Part shown: piece by piece, positions 55,902 to 64,000 of the stretch | How positions within the stretch are numbered: position 1 is the stretch's first letter | How the letters are laid out: each line of letters starts with the position of its first letter | Origin: Myxococcota bacterium | Lineage (GTDB): Bacteria; Myxococcota_A; UBA9160; JAFDET01 | DNA: 64,000 nt | NCBI GenBank assembly: GCA_028278065.1 | Contig: JANQFA010000095.1 | Span: 3,349 to 67,348, forward strand | Reading direction: 5' to 3' | Translations under genes and position numbers: made by a program | The notes under the pieces: generated by a model | Database searches by the model: none | Told to the model about the DNA's origin: nothing | What the model saw: only the letters and a program-made list of their open reading frames with translations

Positions 55902-56947
55902 GGCGCGGCCTCCGCGCTGTCCACGGTCTCCGCCGGGGCCTCCGGCGCCGGCTCGAGGAACACGTCGGCACCGCCGCGCACGATCATGCGCTCGCTCTCC
56001 AGGAAGAACTCGATCTCCTTGCCGCGCACCTCGTCGCCACCCTGCTCGAGCTCCGCCGGGTCTCCCTCACAGACCACGCGCTGGCCCTTGGGATAGAACG
56101 TCGCCCGCGTGCACTTCGCGCGGCGCCCCTTCTGGTTCAGCCTGACCCCGCCGGTGGCCACCATCCGGGACGGATCGCTGGAGCCGGCCGGGTAGTAGGC
56201 CTCCATGCGCGCCGAGCGCACCGACATGTTCCCCTGGCGCAGGCGCACGTTGCGGCGGAAGAGGAAACGGCGCGTCCCGTCGGAGCCCTCGACCGCCTCC
56301 ATCTCGTCCGAGTGGACGCTCAGCGGCTGACGCCTCGCGTTCCCCGACGAGCCGCCCGCGGCCGGGGCGGGGTCGGGAGCCGCCGGCTCCTCGGCGCTGC
56401 CCTCGGCGTCCGCGTTCTGTGCCTCCGGGCCCGCGGCGGCGACGTCGGGCGTCGGCGGGGGAGTCGCGGACGTCCGCTCGGCCGTCGTGCCCTGGACGAT
56501 CGCGGTGGCCAGGCGGTCGACCGCAGCGCCCAGCTCTTCCGGCCGCCCCGCTTCGGTCACGAAGGTGCCCACGGTCGCACCATCGGCTGCCGAGCGCAGG
56601 CGCAGGTCGAGGCTCACCCGCCGCCCGATCTGCGTCGAGCGACCCACCACGACGAACTCGGTCGCCGCCTTGGCGCCCCAGGCCTGCACGTCCGCGTCGG
56701 ACGGCTCCGCCGCGGGGTCCACGGACAGCGCCGCCGGGCCCACCACCTTGCCCAGGCCGCGGGTACCGAGCCGGTCGGCGAGCAGCACCGCCACGTCGGG
56801 CAGGACGGCGTCCGCCGGCCCCACCCTCTCGAAGGGCGCGACGAACACGGACACGTCGCTGGCACGCCGCGCGGCCGCCGCGGGCAGCGCCATCGCCAGG
56901 ACGGCGGAGAGCACGAGGAGATGGACGGGGGCGCGCAAGTGGGTCAC
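55898..56947 (-). CDS. LptA (OstA_N)-like periplasmic protein with an extra ~200-aa N-terminal domain and an Ala/Pro-rich linker
   Basis: The GTG at 56947 overlaps the lptC-like stop (GTGA). The signal peptide is HLLVLSAVLAMALPAAAA. The C-terminal ~120 aa (SDEMEAVEG...FRRNVRLRQGNMSVRSARMEAYY...ATGGVRL...CEGDPAELEQGGDEVRGKEIEF) fit the LptA beta-jellyroll pattern. The position between lptC and lptB also supports this call. Confidence 0.7.
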   Translation of the reverse strand: MTHLRAPVHLLVLSAVLAMALPAAAARRASDVSVFVAPFERVGPADAVLPDVAVLLADRLGTRGLGKVVGPAALSVDPAAEPSDADVQAWGAKAATEFVVVGRSTQIGRRVSLDLRLRSAADGATVGTFVTEAGRPEELGAAVDRLATAIVQGTTAERTSATPPPTPDVAAAGPEAQNADAEGSAEEPAAPDPAPAAGGSSGNARRQPLSVHSDEMEAVEGSDGTRRFLFRRNVRLRQGNMSVRSARMEAYYPAGSSDPSRMVATGGVRLNQKGRRAKCTRATFYPKGQRVVCEGDPAELEQGGDEVRGKEIEFFLESERMIVRGGADVFLEPAPEAPAETVDSAEAAP

Positions 56948-57513
56948 TCCTGTACGACGCTGGCTCCGCCCCGCAGGACGAAGCGCCCGTCGCGCACGTT
57001 GTAGCGGAATCCGCGCCCGTGGAGCGTGTGCTGCCCATCCACGATGCGGACCTTCGCCTCGGTGGAGACCTCGCCCGTGGCGTTGTCCCAGATCAGCCAC
57101 GGTGTGTAGATACGGCGCCCATCGCCGGTGATGCCCTCGACATCGCCTTCCGCGCGGAAGTCCGCCGAGTCCATCTGGAGGTCGGCACGCGCGCAGGTCA
57201 TCTCGAAGGACTTGCGGCCGCGCGGGTCGTTCATCACCACGTGAACGCCGTCCAGGTCGGCGACCTCACCGTCCGGCGGGATGAGGACCTTCTCGGCCTG
57301 GAGCACCAGCTCGTTCTGCTCGTCGCGACTGGCGGTGAAGGTCATCCCGGCGAAGCGCAGGGTCGCTCCGGCGACGGGGGACTCGGCCGCCTCCTGGGCC
57401 GAGGACGGAGCCGCGGCCCACACGAACGCGAGCAACGCGACGCGGGCGAGAGGGCGAGAAGACCAGCGCCTCCACCCAGGGCGCGAGCTGCGGGCGCACC
57501 AAGCCATATGCAA
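56944..57513 (-). CDS. lptC: LptC-like periplasmic LPS export protein
   Basis: 189 aa with an N-terminal hydrophobic anchor and a beta-rich body. It sits upstream of lptA-lptB. The call rests mainly on context and size. Confidence 0.65.
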   Translation of the reverse strand: MHMAWCARSSRPGWRRWSSRPLARVALLAFVWAAAPSSAQEAAESPVAGATLRFAGMTFTASRDEQNELVLQAEKVLIPPDGEVADLDGVHVVMNDPRGRKSFEMTCARADLQMDSADFRAEGDVEGITGDGRRIYTPWLIWDNATGEVSTEAKVRIVDGQHTLHGRGFRYNVRDGRFVLRGGASVVQE

Positions 57514-57558
57514 ATATCATACCGGAGTCGCCGCGAACGACAACCGATCCGGGCGCGC

Positions 57559-57837
57559 CTAGTCGTCCTTGTGGTGCCCGAAGAGCGTCGTGAAGGGCTC
57601 GTGGTGCACCAGCCAGTGAGCTGGCTTGAAGATCAGCGTGTCCAGGACGACGCCGACCGGATGCAGCACGTAGGCGACGATACGGAGCGGGTGCCCCGCG
57701 GTCTGCGAGTCGTGATCGTCCGCCGCCGCGGGCGCCGCGACGAGAAGCGCAGCGCAGAGCAGCAGCGCCGACGCCCACTTGGGGGCCGCGCCTGCCGCAC
57801 GCTGAGCCGCTGTCCTTCGACCGGCGGTCGGAGTCAC
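57559..57837 (-). CDS. Small secreted/membrane-anchored protein (92 aa)
   Basis: This is the C-terminal part of shadow ORF 57559..59586. GTG at 57837 is 5 nt after AGGGAGG. The signal-like segment is WASALLLCAALLVAAPAAA. Confidence 0.55.
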   Translation of the reverse strand: MTPTAGRRTAAQRAAGAAPKWASALLLCAALLVAAPAAADDHDSQTAGHPLRIVAYVLHPVGVVLDTLIFKPAHWLVHHEPFTTLFGHHKDD

Positions 57838-57944
57838 GCCGACCTCCCTTCTCCCCGGCAGCACCGGGGACGCGCCCCCGTAATAGCAGGCCGTGCCGAC
57901 GCTGAAAACCTCTTTCGATCGATCGGTGCGCACACTGGAGCCCT

Positions 57945-58697
57945 TCAGCTCCGCTGCAGCAGCTCGCCGCGAATGCGCGGCAGCACCTCTTCGATCGGCT
58001 CCCGCACCCTGAAGTCGGCGAGTGCGTCGAAGGGCGTCTCGGACGCCGTGAGGATGGCCGTCTCGGCCCCGGCGCGCGCAGCCAGCGGCAGCATCTCGTT
58101 GATCGGACCCACGACCAGGGAGGTACCGGCGGCGACGAGCAGGTCGCACCCCGACGCCGCCTGCATCGCCCGCTCCAGGTCCGCCGCGACGAGGCCCTGG
58201 CCGAACGAGATCGTCGCCGGCTTGAGCGGCCCCCCGCACCGGCAGTCGGGAGCCGCCTCCCCCGACTCCCAACGGGACTGGGTCGGCTCGCGGGCCTCGC
58301 GTGCGCCGCAGCTCATGCACATCACCTCGGAGTCGGTCCCGTGGATGTTCACCAGCCGCTCGGCCGGAAACCCGCAGCGCGCGTGAAGGCCATCCACGTT
58401 CTGGGTCACCAGGAGCTCGATGCGATCCTCGTGCGCCAGCTCCGCCAGCGCTACGTGTGCGGCGTTCGGCTGCGCGTCGCGGATCACCTGCCAGGTCTCG
58501 CCCTTGTAGCGCCAGTACTCCTCGCGGGCGGCGCGACTGGCGAGGAAGTCGGGGAGGGGGACCGGCTGGTAGCGCTCCCAGCGTCCTCCCGGCGAGCGGA
58601 AGTCCGGAATGCCGGACGCGGTGGAGAGGCCGGCGCCGGTGAGCACCACGACGCGTTCGGCAGCCTGCCAGCGTTCGACCAGCCCTGCGATGTGCAT
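57945..58697 (-). CDS. cobB: NAD-dependent protein deacylase (Sir2 family)
   Basis: GAGLSTASGIPDFRSPGG, a Zn-ribbon (CMSCG..CRCGG) and HG..ATG at 58697. Confidence 0.9.
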   Translation of the reverse strand: MHIAGLVERWQAAERVVVLTGAGLSTASGIPDFRSPGGRWERYQPVPLPDFLASRAAREEYWRYKGETWQVIRDAQPNAAHVALAELAHEDRIELLVTQNVDGLHARCGFPAERLVNIHGTDSEVMCMSCGAREAREPTQSRWESGEAAPDCRCGGPLKPATISFGQGLVAADLERAMQAASGCDLLVAAGTSLVVGPINEMLPLAARAGAETAILTASETPFDALADFRVREPIEEVLPRIRGELLQRS

Positions 58698-58788
58698 CCC
58701 CGGTGCGTAGCAGATCGCGCGCCCCACGATCCGGAGCGATATACTCATGGGGTGGGCCCACATTGCTCCGGGCCCGAGGAGATACGCC

Positions 58789-59244
58789 GTGAAGATCCAG
58801 AAGATCCTGGTGCCGATGGACTTCTCCGCTCACTCGGGGAAGGCCGTCGAGACGGCGGTGGAGTTCGCCAAGGCGTTCTCGGCGGAGCTCCACCTCCTGC
58901 ACGCATACAGCCTGCCCGTCGGCGTCGTGGGCCCGTACGACTACCAGATTCCCGCGAACGTCCTCGGTGAGATGCGCGACTCGGCTGCGCGCCGGGTGGA
59001 CGAAGAGGTCAAGAAGCTCAAGGACCAGGGCGTCGACGCCAGCGGGATGATCACCGAGGGCGTCCCCACCCAGGCGATCGTCGACGCCGCCGAGCAGATC
59101 GGCGCCAACCTGATCGTGATGGGAACACGCGGGCTGACCGGGCTGAAGCACGTGGTGCTCGGAAGCGTGGCGGAGCGGACCATCCGGCACGCACCCTGCC
59201 CCGTCCTGACCGTTCACGACCCGGACGAGGACGACAAGGACTGA
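58789..59244 (+). CDS. uspA: Universal stress protein
   Basis: KILVPMDFS.., ..MGTRGLTGLKHVVLGSVAERTIRHAPCPVL. GTG at 58789 is 8 nt after GAGGAG. Confidence 0.85.
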   Translation: MKIQKILVPMDFSAHSGKAVETAVEFAKAFSAELHLLHAYSLPVGVVGPYDYQIPANVLGEMRDSAARRVDEEVKKLKDQGVDASGMITEGVPTQAIVDAAEQIGANLIVMGTRGLTGLKHVVLGSVAERTIRHAPCPVLTVHDPDEDDKD

Positions 59245-59277
59245 CGTGGCGGACCCGATTCCGCGGGGAGGAAGACC

Positions 59278-59541
59278 ATGAGCGACTGGAGCGAGACCTT
59301 CGAGAAGGAAGTCGATGACCTGCGCCGCATCCGCGACGAGCTGCGCGTGCAGATGCACCTCGCCGGCCAGGAAGCCAAGGACGGGTTCCACGCCCTCGAG
59401 AAGCGCTGGGAGCAGGTAGAGGCCAAGGCGAAGGTCGTGGCCGAGGGCGCGGAGGGCGCCGCGGAAGACGTGGGCGAGGCGGCGAAGCGGCTCCTCGAGG
59501 AGTTCAAGACCGGCTACCAGCGGATCAAGGACCTCCTCTGA
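59278..59541 (+). CDS. Small helical hypothetical protein (87 aa)
   Basis: ORF track entry. High GC3. Amphipathic-helix composition. Confidence 0.6.
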   Translation: MSDWSETFEKEVDDLRRIRDELRVQMHLAGQEAKDGFHALEKRWEQVEAKAKVVAEGAEGAAEDVGEAAKRLLEEFKTGYQRIKDLL

Positions 59542-59554
59542 AGCCGTCCTCGCC

Positions 59555-59821
59555 ATGACCGAAGACCATGCGGAACTGCGCGCCACCCTCGCCCGCCTCC
59601 ACCAGCAGCTCGAGGACCACGATCTCGACGAGGAGGAGCGCGACCTGCTGCGGGGGGCTCTCCGCGAGATCGAGGAGCACCTCGACGCCGAGGAGGGCGC
59701 CGACGCGCCGAGCCTGTCCGAGCGGCTCTCGGAGATGACTCAGCAGTTCGAGGGATCGCATCCCCAGCTCGCTGCGGCCGTCGGACGCGTGGTGGACGCC
59801 CTGGCCAATCTCGGGATCTGA
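59555..59821 (+). CDS. DUF4404-like small protein (88 aa)
   Basis: LHQQLEDHDLDEEERDLLRGALREIEEHL...FEGSHPQLAAAVGRVVDALANLGI matches my recollection of the DUF4404 pattern (..FEASHPxL...v..l..alsnmGI). Confidence 0.65.
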   Translation: MTEDHAELRATLARLHQQLEDHDLDEEERDLLRGALREIEEHLDAEEGADAPSLSERLSEMTQQFEGSHPQLAAAVGRVVDALANLGI

Positions 59822-59888
59822 TGGCCCGGCCCTTCCGCTTCGGGGTACGGCTGACCGGGTGGCCGGCGGCATCCGCTAGAGTCCCGCC

Positions 59889-61538
59889 ATGTCGTGGAAG
59901 CTCGAGAGGCACCCCACCTTCACCGGTGTGAAGGGCCCGGTCGTAGTGTGTGTGATGGATGGGGTCGGGATCGGACGGGGCGACGCCTCCGATGCGGTGG
60001 CCACCGCCCGCACGCCCAATCTCGATCGCCTGCAGGCCCAGGTCCCCACGACCTCGCTGGCCGCTCACGGCCTCGCCGCCGGCATGCCCTCCGATGGAGA
60101 CATGGGCAACAGCGAGGTGGGACACAACCACCTGGGCGCGGGTCGCGTGTTCTCCCAGGGCGCCAAGCTCGTCGCCGAGGCGGTGGAGTCGGGCAGTCTC
60201 TTCGACGGCGCGGTGTGGAAGGAGCTCGTCGGTCGCGAGGCGGAGCGTCGGGAGCCGCTCCACTTCATCGGGCTCCTGTCCGACGGCAACGTGCACAGCC
60301 ACATCGATCACCTCTGCGCGATGCTGCGCCGCGCCGACGCCGACGGCGTGAAGCGCGCGCGCGTGCACATCCTCCTCGACGGGCGGGACGTGCACGAGAC
60401 CAGCGCGTTCGACTACATCGACCCGCTGGAGGCGCTGCTCTCGGAGCTGCGCGACCGCGGCCGCGACTACTGCATCGCCTCGGGCGGCGGACGCATGCAG
60501 GTGACCATGGATCGCTACGAGGCCGACTGGCGCATCGTAGAGCGCGGCTGGAAGGCGCACGTGCGCGGCGATGCCCGCAGCTTCACGAGCGCACGCGAGG
60601 CCATCGAGACCTTCCGCAAGGAGACGCCCGGGATCTCCGACCAGAACCTCCCCGCCTTCGTCGTGGCCGGCGAGGACGGGGAACCGCTGGGGCCGATCCG
60701 CGACGGCGCCGGCGTGATCTTCTTCAACTTCCGGGGCGACCGGGCCATCGAGATCAGCCGCGCCTTCGAGTCGGACGAGTTCGACGCGTTCCCGCGCGGC
60801 CCCCGACCCGACGTCCTCTACGCGGGCATGATGCAGTACGACGGCGATCTATGCGTGCCGGAGCGGTTCCTGGTCGAGCCCCCGGCGATCGACCGCACGC
60901 TCGGGGAATACCTGGCCCGCAACGGCGTGACCCAGCTGGCCATCAGCGAGACCCAGAAGTACGGACACGTGACCTACTTCTGGAACGGCAACCGCAGCAA
61001 CCGCTTCGACGAGGCCAGCGAGACCTGGGTGGAGATCCCGAGCGACACCCTTCCCTTCGAGGAGCGCCCCTGGATGAAGGCGGCGGAGATCACCGACCGG
61101 CTGCTCGACGAGCTGCGCTCGGGACGCCATCGACACGCGCGCGTGAACTACGCGAACGGCGACATGGTGGGCCACACCGGGGACTTCGAGGCGGCGGTCA
61201 TCGCCGTCGAGGCCGTCGACCTCGAGCTCGGCCGGCTGCTCGCCGTGGTGGACGAGCTGGAAGGGGCGATCATCGTGACGGCCGATCACGGCAACGCCGA
61301 CGACATGTTCGACGTGGATGCGGACGGCCGCGCGGTGCGCGACGGGGAGGGCCGCATCAAGGTGCGGACCAGTCACACCCTGAACCGGGTCCCCTGCTCG
61401 ATCCACGCCTGCGGGCGTCGCCTGGCCCTGCGCGAGGGAATCCAGGACCCCGGGCTGGCCAACGTGGCCGCGACGGTGCTGCATCTCCTGGGCTACGCGG
61501 CGCCCGACGACTACGAGCCCTCCCTCCTCGCCGACTGA
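59889..61538 (+). CDS. gpmI: 2,3-bisphosphoglycerate-independent phosphoglycerate mutase
   Basis: MDGVGIG.., GNSEVGHNHLGAGR, ..TADHGNAD. Confidence 0.95.
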   Translation: MSWKLERHPTFTGVKGPVVVCVMDGVGIGRGDASDAVATARTPNLDRLQAQVPTTSLAAHGLAAGMPSDGDMGNSEVGHNHLGAGRVFSQGAKLVAEAVESGSLFDGAVWKELVGREAERREPLHFIGLLSDGNVHSHIDHLCAMLRRADADGVKRARVHILLDGRDVHETSAFDYIDPLEALLSELRDRGRDYCIASGGGRMQVTMDRYEADWRIVERGWKAHVRGDARSFTSAREAIETFRKETPGISDQNLPAFVVAGEDGEPLGPIRDGAGVIFFNFRGDRAIEISRAFESDEFDAFPRGPRPDVLYAGMMQYDGDLCVPERFLVEPPAIDRTLGEYLARNGVTQLAISETQKYGHVTYFWNGNRSNRFDEASETWVEIPSDTLPFEERPWMKAAEITDRLLDELRSGRHRHARVNYANGDMVGHTGDFEAAVIAVEAVDLELGRLLAVVDELEGAIIVTADHGNADDMFDVDADGRAVRDGEGRIKVRTSHTLNRVPCSIHACGRRLALREGIQDPGLANVAATVLHLLGYAAPDDYEPSLLAD

Positions 61539-61606
61539 TCCGGAAGGGGCCGCACGAGGGCGCTACACCACTTGCAGGCGAGAGGTGTCGCGGTACTCTG
61601 CGATCG

Positions 61607-61942
61607 ATGCTGGATTCGGGCCGCCGTTCCGGCAACAGGCCGCTGGCATGGCTCCTGACGGCGACGCTGCTCGGGTTCGCCGCACTCCCCGCGCTCCACG
61701 GCGCCCACGACTCCGAGGCTGCTCCGCCGACCGCGGTGTCGCAGCAGCCGGACGCGACCTTCGCCGAGGCCGAGACCGAGTGTCCGGTCTGCCGCTGGCT
61801 GGCTCGCGAACGGATCGCGTCCGGGCCCGCCCAGGGCGACCTGGTTGCGCCCCCGGCGGACCTCCTCTTTGCGGATCTCTCCGCGATCCTCGTCCCGCGC
61901 GAAGCCAGCGGCGGCACCCGCGCTCGCTCGCCCCCGGCCTAG
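61607..61942 (+). CDS. Hypothetical small membrane/secreted protein with a CPVC motif (111 aa)
   Basis: ATG at 61607 lies within shadow ORF 59894..61942. It has a hydrophobic N-terminal segment (LAWLLTATLLGFAALPAL) and sits immediately upstream of a TonB-dependent receptor. Confidence 0.4.
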   Translation: MLDSGRRSGNRPLAWLLTATLLGFAALPALHGAHDSEAAPPTAVSQQPDATFAEAETECPVCRWLARERIASGPAQGDLVAPPADLLFADLSAILVPREASGGTRARSPPA

Positions 61943-62038
61943 GCCACTCCCGACGTTCGGTCCGACTGCTTCGTCCTCGCGGCCTCGTGCCGCACGCGGC
62001 GTCGCTCGATGCACGGCGACGCCCATGGGAGAGTCCCG

Positions 62039-64000
62039 ATGCTGCTTCTTCGCAGCGGCGCGCCCGGAGCCGCCCTCTTCGCCCTGTTCCTCTTCGTTTC
62101 TGCATCCGCATGGGCCCAGCCGCCCGATGCGGCCGCGGACCCCGACCCGGCCGCCGATGCTGCGGATACCGCCCCGGCCGGCGATGCCACGGATTCGGCC
62201 GGCGATGCTGCGGATCCGGCCGGCGATGCCACGGATCCGGCCGGCGATGCCACGGATCCGGCCGGCGCGAGCACCACGCCACCGAGCGACCTCGACACCA
62301 TGGTCGTCACGGTGCCCGGCACGGGTCGCACCCGTTTCGACGTGATCCAGGGAACGAACGTCCTCGAAGGCGAGGCGCTGCTCCGCGAGATCTCGCCCAC
62401 CCTCGGCGACACGCTGCAGCGCCAGCCGGGCATCACCTCCACCGGCTTCGTCCAGGGCTCCAGTCGGCCGGTCATCCGCGGCCTCGACGGGCCGCGCATC
62501 CGTGTGCTGAACAACGGGCTGGGCACTTTCGACGCCTCGGTCACGAGCCCGGACCACCAGCCGGCCGTCGAGCCGCTGCTGATGGAACGGGTGGAGGTGG
62601 TCCGGGGAGCCGGGACTCTCCGCTTCGGCGGCAACGCGGTGGGCGGCCTCGTCAACGTGATCGACGGGCGGATTCCGACCCAGGTCCCCGAGAAGCACTA
62701 CGACGTGAAGCTCGGCGGGTCCTACGGCTCGAACGCCAACGATGCCGCCGGGGCGGCGGCCGTCGATCTGGGTGCCGGCCAGTTCGTGTTCCACGGCGAG
62801 GGCTTCGTCCGCGACACGGACGACTACCGGGTGCCGGGCCGCGCCCGCTCGGACAAGCTCATCCGCTTCAACGGCGGCCCCGAGATCCCGGAGCCCCGCG
62901 GCGAGCTCGAGAACACCGACCTCCGGGACCACTATGGCGGCGCCCTCGGTGGATCCTGGGTGTTCGGCGGGGGCTACCTGGGCGGATCCTGGACCACCAA
63001 GCAGTCCAACTACGGAGTCTCCACCCTGATCGAGCACGGCGAGGAGGAGCACGGACACGAAGAAGAGCACGGGCACGAGGACGAGCACGGAGAAGAGGAG
63101 CACGGCCCGGCCCGCATCGACATGGAGCAGGAGCGCTTCGACTTCGCGGGGGAGTGGAACCGGGACCTCGGCCCCTTCGATCAGGCCTCCTTCGCCTTCG
63201 GACGCGGCTCCTATCGGCACCAGGAGCTCGAGGGCGACGAGGTGGCCACGACGTTCACCAATCGCGCCTGGGAAGGACGCTTCGAGCTGCAGCAGGCGCC
63301 GATCGGCGCGCTGGACGGCCTCGTCGGCGTGCAGTTCGTGCAGCGCGACTTCGAGGCGTCCGGAGTGGAGGCGTTCATTCCCCGGAACGAGACCTTCCAG
63401 TTCGGGATCTTCGCCGTGGAGCGCTACCGCGTCGGGCCCTTCGATCTGGAGGGCGGGCTCCGCTACGAGTACACGACCGTCGAGGCCGACTCCCGGAAGC
63501 GGACCTTCAACGCCTTCAGCTTCTCGACCGGCGCCTCCTGGTCGCCCGACGAGGACTGGCTGCTCGGCCTCTCGTTCTCGCGCACCGAGCGGGCGCCGAT
63601 CGCCGAAGAGCTCTTCTCCGACGGTCCGCACCTGGCGACATTCGGCTTCGAGATCGGTGACTCGGGACTGGACAAGGAGATCGGCTGGGGCCTCGAGGGG
63701 ACGATCCGCAAGCGTGTGGGCCCGGTCACCGGCTCGCTGAACCTCTTCTACAACCCGTTCCAGGACTTCATCTTCCAGCAGTTCACCGGGGAAGAGGAGG
63801 ACGGACTCGCGGTTCGCCAGTACGTCCAGCAGGACGCCTACTTCTGGGGCGGCGAGCTGGAGCTGGAGTGGGTGGCATGGGAAGGCGACTGCATGACCGC
63901 CGTCTTCGACACGGGCCTGGACTACGTGCGCGGCCGCGGGGAAGACCAGGACCTGCCGCGGATCCCGCCCTTCCGGGCGCGCTTCGGGGCGGAGGCGAGA
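62039..64000 (+). CDS. TonB-dependent receptor with a His/Glu-rich loop (partial, runs off the right edge)
   Basis: Absent from the ORF track because there is no stop in the window. ATG at 62039 follows GGGAGAG. Signal peptide MLLLRSGAPGAALFALFLFVSASAWA. The plug domain has DTMVVTV.., ..RGLDGPRIRVLNNG.., ERVEVVRG. The frame is open to nt 64000. Confidence 0.85.
   Translation, partial: MLLLRSGAPGAALFALFLFVSASAWAQPPDAAADPDPAADAADTAPAGDATDSAGDAADPAGDATDPAGDATDPAGASTTPPSDLDTMVVTVPGTGRTRFDVIQGTNVLEGEALLREISPTLGDTLQRQPGITSTGFVQGSSRPVIRGLDGPRIRVLNNGLGTFDASVTSPDHQPAVEPLLMERVEVVRGAGTLRFGGNAVGGLVNVIDGRIPTQVPEKHYDVKLGGSYGSNANDAAGAAAVDLGAGQFVFHGEGFVRDTDDYRVPGRARSDKLIRFNGGPEIPEPRGELENTDLRDHYGGALGGSWVFGGGYLGGSWTTKQSNYGVSTLIEHGEEEHGHEEEHGHEDEHGEEEHGPARIDMEQERFDFAGEWNRDLGPFDQASFAFGRGSYRHQELEGDEVATTFTNRAWEGRFELQQAPIGALDGLVGVQFVQRDFEASGVEAFIPRNETFQFGIFAVERYRVGPFDLEGGLRYEYTTVEADSRKRTFNAFSFSTGASWSPDEDWLLGLSFSRTERAPIAEELFSDGPHLATFGFEIGDSGLDKEIGWGLEGTIRKRVGPVTGSLNLFYNPFQDFIFQQFTGEEEDGLAVRQYVQQDAYFWGGELELEWVAWEGDCMTAVFDTGLDYVRGRGEDQDLPRIPPFRARFGAEAR

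Noticed and set aside
61943-62038. A cobalamin riboswitch or Zur/Fur box upstream of the TonB-dependent receptor
   Set aside because: The 96-nt leader shows no B12-box-like core and no AT-rich palindrome that I can recognise. This cannot be excluded without organism-specific matrices.

Overview
This is a very GC-rich bacterial chromosomal segment. Several features look Myxococcota-like: Myxococcus-type Cys-rich repeats, a DUF4388-J-domain protein, a bactofilin and a short HprK. This taxonomic reading is inference only. From about 5 kb to 64 kb the window holds densely packed core genes:
- a giant secreted beta-propeller protein
- a glycosyltransferase/sulfotransferase cluster
- arfB and rfbB
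- a c-di-GMP/STAS signalling trio
- an ACAD-MFS-APH kinase group
- comEC, uvrC, uvrB, cysS, ispF and ispD
- tolC and a bactofilin
- secF, secD, yajC, a SpoIID-like gene and metK
- a long cluster lptC, lptA-like, lptB, rpoN, ptsN, hprK, rapZ, EIIA-Man, ptsH
- cobB, uspA, gpmI and a TonB-dependent receptor that runs off the right edge

Most long ORFs in the supplied track are high-GC shadow frames. I trimmed or rejected these by protein-likeness and by RBS or stop-start coupling.

The first ~4.7 kb stands out. By eye it is more AT-rich at third codon positions. It carries, all on the minus strand:
- a large gene missing from the ORF track because it runs off the left edge. It encodes a PD-(D/E)xK (Cap4-like) nuclease fused to a STAND-type P-loop NTPase.
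- a 380-bp non-coding gap
- three small overlapping ORFs that I cannot assign to any family

This cassette abuts a structured, G-run-rich RNA locus that ends in a tRNA-like T-arm, acceptor and CCA. That locus is either an atypically short tmRNA or an island att remnant. I rank the cassette as the best candidate for an uncharacterised (defence-type) system.

Other points worth a second look:
- two arrays of hairpin-forming tandem repeats (36 bp and 38 bp) flanking the APH-like kinase gene
- a Stf0 sulfotransferase with no canonical start codon
- a protein with a poly-Lys block followed by a (DS)11 tail
- an LptA homologue with an extra N-terminal domain
- a His/Glu-rich TonB receptor
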